From IMG/VR virus record IMGVR_UViG_3300030320_000057: a stretch of DNA of 49,574 bases, one strand, 5' to 3'. The notes below the pieces were generated by a model. It was not told where the DNA came from. It searched no databases and saw nothing but the letters and a program-made list of their open reading frames with translations. The stretch comes from a virus. This document shows, piece after piece, positions 16,622 to 23,497 of this stretch. Both the position numbers and the translations under genes were made by a program. The stretch's first letter is position 1, and each line of letters begins with the position of its first letter.

Positions 16622-16902
16622 CAGACGAAAGGCGCGCCCTGCTGGGCGACCGCGAGGCAAGTAAAAGACTGAGCGAGGCGGGGGTGCTGGTACCATGCCC
16701 GTTCTGCAAAGGCGAGGTACGCAGAGTAATTGGCTTTGGTGGGCTGAATTTTTTCAAGTGCAGGAAATGCGGGGCGGTGGTGAGCTTTGACAACGACTAT
16801 TTCAATGAGCACCCGAATGAAGCCCGCCTCGCCTGGAACACCAAAGCCCAGGTTCTGAGCTCTGAGGAGATGGAGAAAATCTATGGAAAAGAAAATTCTT
16901 GA
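16618..16902 (+). CDS. lar: Lar-family restriction alleviation protein
   Basis: PCPFCKGE...CRKCG...ARLAWNTKA matches the Lar signature (PCPFCG ... aWNrR). Confidence 0.8.
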   Translation: MTDERRALLGDREASKRLSEAGVLVPCPFCKGEVRRVIGFGGLNFFKCRKCGAVVSFDNDYFNEHPNEARLAWNTKAQVLSSEEMEKIYGKENS

Positions 16903-17392
16903 TGTGACCTGTGGAGCAAGGTCTATCTGGTTTGACAAGCACCATCCGGCGACGGTCTACTGTGATAAGCGTCGGGAGCAGTACCATCATCTTTGGAAGA
17001 ACGCCAGTAACTGTATGCTGGACATCAATCCTGATGTGGTATGTGATTTTACAAACCTGCCGTTCACAGATAACTCATTCCATCTGGTGGTATTTGACCC
17101 GCCCCATCTGACCGGGGCGAAAGAGACGGCTTGGCTCGTCAAGAAATATGGAAAACTGGACGAGAGCTGGCCGAAGATGCTCCATGACGGTTTCAGGGAG
17201 TGTATGCGAGTGCTTAAACCGGATGGGGTGCTTATCTTTAAGTGGTCTGAGTATGACATTCCGGCGGCGGATGTTTGGAAAGCCATTGGGCAAAAACCTC
17301 TATTTGGGCATCACAGCGGGAAGCAAAGCCGTACTTTCTGGGCGTGCTTTATGAAGTTGGAGGAGATGGAGATGCTGGAGGGGATGGAATGA
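16883..17392 (+). CDS. SAM-dependent methyltransferase (probable orphan DNA MTase)
   Basis: Motif I ILDVTCG and motif IV VFDPPH. Confidence 0.8.
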   Translation: MEKKILDVTCGARSIWFDKHHPATVYCDKRREQYHHLWKNASNCMLDINPDVVCDFTNLPFTDNSFHLVVFDPPHLTGAKETAWLVKKYGKLDESWPKMLHDGFRECMRVLKPDGVLIFKWSEYDIPAADVWKAIGQKPLFGHHSGKQSRTFWACFMKLEEMEMLEGME

Positions 17393-17640
17393 AGAACCCA
17401 GGAGAATATGTTGACATTGGGGACCCAGCCTTGCAAGTCAGAACAGACGAGGATGGAAACACTGTAGCCTCTGCAACGATACAGGCGGTTGTCCTCTGGA
17501 AAGAAGATATCAAAAACCACATCATGGACGAGATCATCAAGATGTGCAAGGAGCACGGAATTACGGACCTGTATGTGCTGAACCGGGATTTCATCCTGTC
17601 GGCTATCAAGGAGAAGATGGAAAAGGAGGCCCACCAATGA
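17389..17640 (+). CDS. Hypothetical protein
   Basis: ATGA overlap. Internal ATG of ORF 17275-17640. Confidence 0.6.
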   Translation: MKNPGEYVDIGDPALQVRTDEDGNTVASATIQAVVLWKEDIKNHIMDEIIKMCKEHGITDLYVLNRDFILSAIKEKMEKEAHQ

Positions 17641-17963
17641 CGCGGGAAGAAGCGATTAAGGTCTTGAACAATTTTCCGATAGATTTTCGGAACTCTGGAG
17701 GCTTTGAAGCGATGGAAGCCTTGAAAATTGCTATCTTAGCCCTCCGCCCCGTCAGCCGGGAGAAGGTGAAAAAGGCCGAGTGGATATGGAGCACAGGAGA
17801 CGTATATAGTTGCTCATCCTGCGGCGAGAAAACGCATGTAGACGAGTGCATGGAAAGCCCGATATATAACTTTTGCCCGTTTTGCATGGCTCCCATGACG
17901 GACGAGGCAGTGGAGATGGTGATGGAGAGATTGGAGGCGCTGAAAGATGGCAAGGGCGATTGA
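17637..17963 (+). CDS. Zinc-ribbon protein
   Basis: ATGA overlap. CSSCG...CPFC. Confidence 0.65.
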   Translation: MTREEAIKVLNNFPIDFRNSGGFEAMEALKIAILALRPVSREKVKKAEWIWSTGDVYSCSSCGEKTHVDECMESPIYNFCPFCMAPMTDEAVEMVMERLEALKDGKGD

Positions 17964-18237
17964 TGTTGTGCAGGTCAAAGCAGAGATAGCAGCTGAAAAA
18001 CTGGCTGTCATTATTGAAAATGGGAGCGTTTTGCTAAAAGATATGCAAAGCGGCGAGGCGGTTAAAATTGCCACCCTCACCCCGCCGAACGAGCCGCTGA
18101 TATGCGATGGGTGTCTATGGGCGGAAATGGGGGCACTTGAGAAATGCTCGTCTTGTATGAGAGACAAAAAAGATAATTACTATCGCCGCCTGCCAGAGGG
18201 AGAGGAGAACCCTGATGGACTACGAAAAGCTGATTGA
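17947..18237 (+). CDS. Hypothetical Cys-containing protein
   Basis: 96-aa ORF in the operon. CDGC...CSSC. Confidence 0.6.
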   Translation: MARAIDVVQVKAEIAAEKLAVIIENGSVLLKDMQSGEAVKIATLTPPNEPLICDGCLWAEMGALEKCSSCMRDKKDNYYRRLPEGEENPDGLRKAD

Positions 18238-18523
18238 GCAATTAAAACAAAAAGACGGGCTGTGGTGTTCTGTGCCTACAGGAGAAAAACTTGTCACTGA
18301 CGCTGCCGACGCCCTCACCGCCCTGCTGGCCGAAAACGAGAGGCTGCGGGCCGAGCTGGAGCAGAAATCAAAACTGATTGCTCAGCAGGCCGCAGAATTG
18401 GAACGGCGGGACAAACTGCTGAAAGAACAAGAGATCGAGTTGGATCAGATGAAGCGGGAGAATGAGACCCTAAAACATGCATTACAAAATTGGCACGAGG
18501 AGGACGAGCATGAGGTTGATTGA
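18215..18523 (+). CDS. Coiled-coil protein
   Basis: Heptad-rich sequence LRAELEQKSKLIAQQAAELERRDKLLKEQEIELDQMKRE. Confidence 0.6.
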   Translation: MDYEKLIEQLKQKDGLWCSVPTGEKLVTDAADALTALLAENERLRAELEQKSKLIAQQAAELERRDKLLKEQEIELDQMKRENETLKHALQNWHEEDEHEVD

Positions 18524-18785
18524 TGTTGATAATTTAGATTTCACTTTTGATAGGCGTTGCTTTTCAGAAGGTGATACTCAGTATGCACGCGGAGTTGATG
18601 ATGCTATTGAGGTTATAAACAATGCCCCCACCATCTCCGCCGTGCCTGTGGTCAGGTGCTGGGCGTGCAAGTATCACAAACCAATTGATTATTGCACGAA
18701 GCACAAGCAAACAGGTTGGTTCGATGATGATTTCTGCTCCTACGGCCAGCGAAAGGAGGCCGACCATGAAGTTTCGGAACTTTGA
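18510..18785 (+). CDS. Hypothetical Cys-containing protein
   Basis: Internal ATG of ORF 18477-18785, overlapping the upstream stop. Confidence 0.6.
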   Translation: MRLIDVDNLDFTFDRRCFSEGDTQYARGVDDAIEVINNAPTISAVPVVRCWACKYHKPIDYCTKHKQTGWFDDDFCSYGQRKEADHEVSEL

Positions 18786-19491
18786 GACGGGGGAACAAAG
18801 GAACCTAGATAGCGCATTCTGCAATTTCTGCATAAAACATAGTTGTTATGCGTGCGCTTTAAATAAAGAAAAAAACGGGATGAATTGTTTCAGGTGGGCT
18901 AAATTGAACCCCCACGAAGCCGCCCGCCTGATGGGCTATGAGGTGGTGGAGGATGAACCGTCCGGGAATCGCGGGCAGTTAGAATATGGAAACGCCGTGG
19001 AGGGTATGTGCTGCGACTGTGCTCATGGCGGCCCCTGCTGCTCTTGGGACGAAAACGAGGATTGCCACCACAGGAAAGAGGACGGAAGCTGCTGGGTGCC
19101 ACATACAAAGGAGGAGGCCAACATGGAAAAGCCGCTGAAGGACTGGACGCTGGGAGAACTGAAAGAGTGGTGCTATCAATACAGAAAGGCTCACACAGAC
19201 AAGCCGTGCGAACAGACCTGCCCTATCTATCAGAGATGGATTTGCTGTCGTGAATGGGTACATGAGTGGGATTTGGAGGAAAAGCCCCGCTGGACGGAGC
19301 AGGAGGTGGAGAGGGCGAAGGCGATCAAACTTATTTATCCAAATGCTGAAAAACTGGAATTAATACCATGTGCTATTCGTGTTTACACGGATATTGGGGC
19401 AATAGCCTATCTGCATACTGACCTATTTCCAAGCATGAAAAATGGACAAATTTCCACCCTTGACGAGATCATCGGAGGTGAAACGAAGTGA
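18766..19491 (+). CDS. Cys/His-rich hypothetical protein
   Basis: AGGAGG RBS. Clusters CNFCIKHSCYAC and CCDCAHGGPCCSWDENEDCHH. Confidence 0.7.
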   Translation: MKFRNFETGEQRNLDSAFCNFCIKHSCYACALNKEKNGMNCFRWAKLNPHEAARLMGYEVVEDEPSGNRGQLEYGNAVEGMCCDCAHGGPCCSWDENEDCHHRKEDGSCWVPHTKEEANMEKPLKDWTLGELKEWCYQYRKAHTDKPCEQTCPIYQRWICCREWVHEWDLEEKPRWTEQEVERAKAIKLIYPNAEKLELIPCAIRVYTDIGAIAYLHTDLFPSMKNGQISTLDEIIGGETK

Positions 19492-19796
19492 CTAAAGAAG
19501 AATACGAAAAGAAAATTGCGGCATTGGAACCACTGGACGATGAGAAGCGGAAAAGCGTGACCTGTGCGCTCCTTGGGCATAGCCATATTACCACAGGTTT
19601 CTTCGGGTATGTCTACTGTGCACGGTGTGGAGAACAAATTGGGGATGTTCTGGGCGGCTGTTTTTATGACCCACTGGAAGTCCGTGTAGGTCATAACTGC
19701 CCGATATGCAGAGCCAACTATGAGAAATTGGGATGGGAGGACAAAATCCTGACCCCTGACCCGTTTGCGGATGAGAACGGCGGAGGTGCCCAATGA
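19488..19796 (+). CDS. Zinc-ribbon protein (GTG start)
   Basis: CARCG...CPIC. Overlaps the upstream stop. Confidence 0.6.
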   Translation: MTKEEYEKKIAALEPLDDEKRKSVTCALLGHSHITTGFFGYVYCARCGEQIGDVLGGCFYDPLEVRVGHNCPICRANYEKLGWEDKILTPDPFADENGGGAQ

Positions 19797-20113
19797 GCGA
19801 AGTCATCATTACCAGAACATGGGGACATGAAGATGACCAGCAGGCAAAAGCCGACGCGGGGAAGCCTCGCCCCACGCTGGTCCCTGTCTCCCTGATCGAG
19901 GCTGTGACGGCGGTCCGAATGTACGGGAACGAAAAGTACCACGACCCGGAGAATTGGCGGCAGGTGGAGCCGCAGCGATATCAGGATGCTTTGTACCGGC
20001 ACTGGCTGTCCTATCTCAAGGGGGAGCAATGCGATCCGGAAAGCGGCCTGCCTCACCTGTGGCATCTGGCTTGTAATGCGGCATTTTTGATTGAGATGGA
20101 GGGCAAAGAATGA
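19793..20113 (+). CDS. DUF5664-like protein (dATP/dGTP diphosphohydrolase N-terminal-like domain)
   Basis: DAGKPRPTLVP...YGNEKY..ENWR...RYQDALYRHW...ESGLPHLWHLACNAAFL matches the family pattern from memory. Confidence 0.65.
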   Translation: MSEVIITRTWGHEDDQQAKADAGKPRPTLVPVSLIEAVTAVRMYGNEKYHDPENWRQVEPQRYQDALYRHWLSYLKGEQCDPESGLPHLWHLACNAAFLIEMEGKE

Positions 20114-20229
20114 GAGATATCCTTTTCAAAGCCAAGCGGCTGGATAATAGAGAGGTGCTATATGCAGACACATGGGTATCATGGAACTGTTGTTTATCAA
20201 CTGTGGGGAAAGATTTTAATTGGGCATGA
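20110..20229 (+). CDS. Short ORF with YopX-like N-terminus (possibly a frameshifted remnant)
   Basis: MRDILFKAKRLDN... for 39 aa only. A +1-frame ORF continues at 20162-20308. Confidence 0.35.
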   Translation: MRDILFKAKRLDNREVLYADTWVSWNCCLSTVGKDFNWA

Positions 20230-20308
20230 AAGAGCAACTAATAAAAGCTATAAGTGGTATTACGTGAATCGCAACCTCCACGACGGGGAGGGCGGACAGT
20301 GTGAGTGA
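20162..20308 (+). CDS. Small ORF (48 aa) in the +1 frame relative to 20110-20229
   Basis: GAGAGG RBS. Ends 8 nt into the DUF551 gene. Confidence 0.35.
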   Translation: MQTHGYHGTVVYQLWGKILIGHERATNKSYKWYYVNRNLHDGEGGQCE

Positions 20309-20546
20309 GTGGATCAGCGTCAAGGAGAGGCTGCCGGAAAAGGATGGATGGTATTTGGTCTATGCCCCTAGATATTGGGGTAACAGCAAAATTTATGGAC
20401 TTGATGGCCTTGCATATTCCAACTTTAAACACAACTACAAAGATCACTGGGGAATCGAAAGAGGAACGGGGAGAGGATGGCCTGGGATTGTCACCCACTG
20501 GATGCACCTCCCCGAACCACCAAAGGAGAATCAGCAGCATGAGTAA
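20301..20546 (+). CDS. DUF551 domain protein (GTG start)
   Basis: EWISVKERLPEKDGWYLV is the DUF551 hallmark. Confidence 0.75.
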   Translation: MSEWISVKERLPEKDGWYLVYAPRYWGNSKIYGLDGLAYSNFKHNYKDHWGIERGTGRGWPGIVTHWMHLPEPPKENQQHE

Positions 20547-20820
20547 AAAAGTCAATCCCCGCAGACAACCGGCGTCAAAGGCAGATGTAAAACGTGCTGA
20601 GCTTCGTGGGCGGGATGATGGCATCAAATTCGCAAGCGCTCTATTTTTGATGGCCCTGCGCGATAAGGAGGGCTTTGATCCGGAAGCTCTGCAAAAGGTC
20701 TGGAAAGAGGTTGGAGACTTGGCGGACAGCATTGCGGAAGGCTATTGCAGCATCGAGGATTTACATACCGTCTTAGAGTCTGAAGCGGGCGCTAGAATTG
20801 TGGGAGGGATAGCCACATGA
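20539..20820 (+). CDS. Hypothetical protein
   Basis: Internal ATG of ORF 20305-20820, overlapping the upstream stop. Confidence 0.6.
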   Translation: MSKKVNPRRQPASKADVKRAELRGRDDGIKFASALFLMALRDKEGFDPEALQKVWKEVGDLADSIAEGYCSIEDLHTVLESEAGARIVGGIAT

Positions 20821-20954
20821 CCGAATGGTGTCTTGCCCATCCGTGGATGACCTTTTTCTTGCTGACTTTTGCTCTGCTCGTCATCGACGAAATAGTATGC
20901 GCGATTGCGAATGCCATTGCAAGCAAGAACAGAGACAAGCATGAGGAGGGATAG
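20817..20954 (+). CDS. Small membrane protein (45 aa)
   Basis: ATGA overlap. TM WMTFFLLTFALLVIDEIVCAI. Confidence 0.45.
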   Translation: MTEWCLAHPWMTFFLLTFALLVIDEIVCAIANAIASKNRDKHEEG

Positions 20955-20957
20955 CCC

Positions 20958-21170
20958 TTGAATGAGTTCCAGGATAGGCTGAGGAGGCTGAGGGAAAGTA
21001 TGCGGCCAGTTCGGAGTATGACAGTTACATCACAGCTGATGGGGCTAAGCCCTGATGCCTTACGAAAATATGAGAGAGGAGAAGTTGAGCCTAAAATGAC
21101 AGCTCTAAAGTTGATTGCAGCATATTATCACATCAGCCTAGACGAGCTTTGCAAAATGGAGGAAGATTAG
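20958..21170 (+). CDS. XRE-family HTH regulator (TTG start)
   Basis: SQLMGLSPDALRKYERGEVEP. Last protein gene before the noncoding region. Confidence 0.7.
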   Translation: MNEFQDRLRRLRESMRPVRSMTVTSQLMGLSPDALRKYERGEVEPKMTALKLIAAYYHISLDELCKMEED

Positions 21171-21332
21171 ACCATAAACTTTCATAATCTCATAGAAAAA
21201 ATAGCGAATTCATAAAGTTTTATGAGTGAGCGGAAATATGTATGCGAAAATGGGAGTGTGGGGGCGTATCTCTGCACTCCCACTCCTTTTCCTCTCTGCC
21301 CGGGGGTTCACCTCCGCCTCCGGGCCTCCTAT

Positions 21333-21411
21333 GCCCTTGTAGCTCAGTAGGAAGAGCGGCCCAGGAATATGGGTGATTGAAGCGTCGCCGGTTCGAGTCC
21401 GGCCGGGGGCT
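21333..21411 (+). tRNA. tRNA-like element with aberrant anticodon arm (possible pseudo-tRNA or module of a larger RNA)
   Basis: Acceptor stem gcccttg/cgggggc (two G-U pairs), D arm gctc-agtaggaa-gagc and T arm gccgg-ttcgagt-ccggc are canonical. The anticodon stem gccca/tgggt closes a 6-nt loop (ggaata), and 12 nt follow before the T arm. Confidence 0.55.
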
Positions 21412-21919
21412 TGGCAACCCGCACCTTTCGCGGTAGCCAACTTAGACCGCCCCCTTGTGAAACCTCCCCACAATCCGGGGATAGGTGTGTAACCTGGGGG
21501 TAATGCGCAGGGAGTGCCTTTCGAGGCTGGCCCTGCAAAGCAGACCGCTCCAAAGGCCACGGAGCTGACTGTGGAAAGACACTATACTGGCGAATCGGGG
21601 CCGCGTATCTTACCAGTGAAATCACCAGCGGCCTGCCAGTAGCCATAGCTGGCCGACTCCGGGCGGAATGGCAGCCTTTGAGAGTCAAGTGTGCCGACAC
21701 GGAGAAAGCGGCTGCGCCCGGCGGAGCGTGTAGAGACGGAATCCGCCCCAGTGGACCGGCCCAGCGGCATTGTGACGCTGTATTCTAGATGGCTGGACCA
21801 CGAAGCGCTGTCCCGCTGAAAACTGCATTTGCCGCTGAAAGGCTTCGTGCTACTGACCATATTGGATTTGGCTGCGGCGATGGGCAGATGTGTGACAATT
21901 AAGCGGAAAGCGCACATAT
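21412..21919 (+). ncRNA. Candidate large structured ncRNA, 5' portion (ROOL/GOLLD-class or novel)
   Basis: No credible ORF. Stems include 21507-12/21531-36 (enclosing the gcct-UUCG-aggc hairpin 21516-27) and gccag/ctggc at 21635-53. CCGCTGAAA is repeated at 21813 and 21832. Strand is inferred from the tRNA orientation. Confidence 0.45.
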
Positions 21920-21990
21920 ACGGGTGTAGCTCAATGGAGAGCGCCGGTCTCCAAAACCGGAGGTTGGGGGAACAGAGCCTTCCACCCGTT
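21920..21990 (+). tRNA. tRNA-Trp(CCA)-like with non-canonical T-loop
   Basis: Acceptor acgggtg/cacccgt (7 bp), D arm gctc-aatgga-gagc, anticodon arm ccggt-CTCCAAA-accgg. T arm ggggg-AACAGAG-ccttc lacks the TTC motif. Confidence 0.7.
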
Positions 21991-22237
21991 CCAGGGCGCA
22001 AGTCCTTACAGAATTTCTTGGTGAAAGGCAAGTGAGAAAAGCCGAAAAACTCACAGCTCCCCCGCAAAGGGGGATATGCCGCCCCGCAGTTGCACGAGAC
22101 GGGGGCGGGACTAATGGGAGGAAACGCATGGCGGGGTAATCTCCCACCGCCTCTCGAAAAATGGTTGAATACCGGGGATAGGCCGACGGGCCGAAAAGGG
22201 AGGTGCCACCTTACTCCTCTTCCCCGGGTCAACATAA
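21991..22237 (+). ncRNA. Candidate large structured ncRNA, 3' portion
   Basis: Helices gtgag/ctcac (22032-54), ccccc-GCAAA-ggggg (22059-73), ccgccccg/cgggggcgg (22079-22108) and ccgggg/ccccgg (22173-22228). Confidence 0.45.
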
Positions 22238-22273
22238 ATGGTGGAAACGAAATTTAAGAAAGGGTGGTTTTTT

Positions 22274-23026
22274 ATGGATGAATTGAAACTTATCAAATCC
22301 GAATCTTTCGGAAACGTGGAATGTGATTTTTATGGGGACGGAAGAGAAACGTGGATGACTAGAGAACAAATCGGGGTGGCGCTGGAATACAGTGATCCGC
22401 GTGTTGCGATTGCTAAAATTCATGCAAAAAGGAAAGACCGTTTGGACAGATTTTCAGTTGTTACCAAACTGGTATCAACTGACGGGAAGTCTTATAACAC
22501 AACCCTTTATAACCGCAAAGGCATCATGGAGATTTGCCGGCACAGCGATCAGCCAAAAGCCGATGCATTTATGGACTTCTGCTGGGAAGTCATGGATAGT
22601 CTCATGACGGGGAAAACGAAGCTGGTTGGCATGACGGAGTATCAGCAGATGATGGCTGAGACTCGTCGCAGAAATGCCCGTGTTCAATCCGCCCGCATTT
22701 TGACACAGCTTGCAAAGCAGTACCATGGAACTACATACGAACAGGTGCTGAACGCTCACGCCACAAAGGAGCTGACCGGAGAATATCTGCTGCCTCTTCC
22801 AAGATTGGAAACTAAGACATATAGTGCTGGAGAGATTGGGGAGATTCTTGGAATCAGCGGGAATAAAGTTGGAGCGATTGCAAACCAAAATGGATTAAAA
22901 AACGATAAGTATGGGCAGTGGTTTAAGGATAAGGCCAAGTGGAGCAACAAAGAGGTACCGGCATTTCGTTACTATGATAATGTAATTCCTGTACTACGTA
23001 AAATTTTAGACCAAGAAAAAATCTGA
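22274..23026 (+). CDS. Bro-N/antirepressor-like DNA-binding protein
   Basis: FGNVECDFYGDGRETWMTREQIGVALEYSDPRVAIAKIH follows the Bro-N pattern, with a C-terminal HTH-like YSAGEIGEILGISGNKVGAIA. Confidence 0.7.
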   Translation: MDELKLIKSESFGNVECDFYGDGRETWMTREQIGVALEYSDPRVAIAKIHAKRKDRLDRFSVVTKLVSTDGKSYNTTLYNRKGIMEICRHSDQPKADAFMDFCWEVMDSLMTGKTKLVGMTEYQQMMAETRRRNARVQSARILTQLAKQYHGTTYEQVLNAHATKELTGEYLLPLPRLETKTYSAGEIGEILGISGNKVGAIANQNGLKNDKYGQWFKDKAKWSNKEVPAFRYYDNVIPVLRKILDQEKI

Positions 23027-23047
23027 CCGAGAGGTGGTGAGCCCATT

Positions 23048-23497
23048 GTGGCAAAAGGGAAGTATCAACGCTGGTTGGAGCCGGATGGGCTTACCCTTTT
23101 AGAGGGCTGGGCTAGGGATGGTCTGACTGACGAGCAGATAGCCCACAACATGGGAATCAGTACGGCGACCTTGTACGACTGGAAGAATAAGTTTCAAGAT
23201 ATTTCCGAGGCCCTAAAAAAGGGAAAAGAAGTTGTAGACATCCAAGTGGAAAACGCCCTTCTAAAGCGAGCACTTGGATATGACTACCAAGAACAGCGGA
23301 TTGAAAAGTCAGATAAAGACGGAATGAAGGTCATACAAACAATCCGCCATGTCCCGGCAGACACCACAGCGCAAATCTTTTGGCTAAAGAACCGTCGACC
23401 GAACAAGTGGCGGGACAAACCAGAGGTTCCGGGCGACACTGACATGCTTAAGAAAGCGCGGGAGCTGTTGGAGGGAATTCCAAGTGCCATTGACTGA
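23048..23497 (+). CDS. terS: Terminase small subunit (GTG start)
   Basis: N-terminal HTH GLTDEQIAHNMGISTATLYDWKNK, then WLKNRRPNKWRDK. Immediately upstream of terL. Confidence 0.85.
   Translation: MAKGKYQRWLEPDGLTLLEGWARDGLTDEQIAHNMGISTATLYDWKNKFQDISEALKKGKEVVDIQVENALLKRALGYDYQEQRIEKSDKDGMKVIQTIRHVPADTTAQIFWLKNRRPNKWRDKPEVPGDTDMLKKARELLEGIPSAID

Noticed and set aside
21210-22423. Several 60-217-aa minus-strand ORFs (for example 21582-22235) in the large intergenic region.
   Set aside because: They have Pro/Arg/Gly/Ser-rich composition typical of random frames in GC-rich structured RNA. They have no RBS, and they overlap tRNA-like elements on the other strand.
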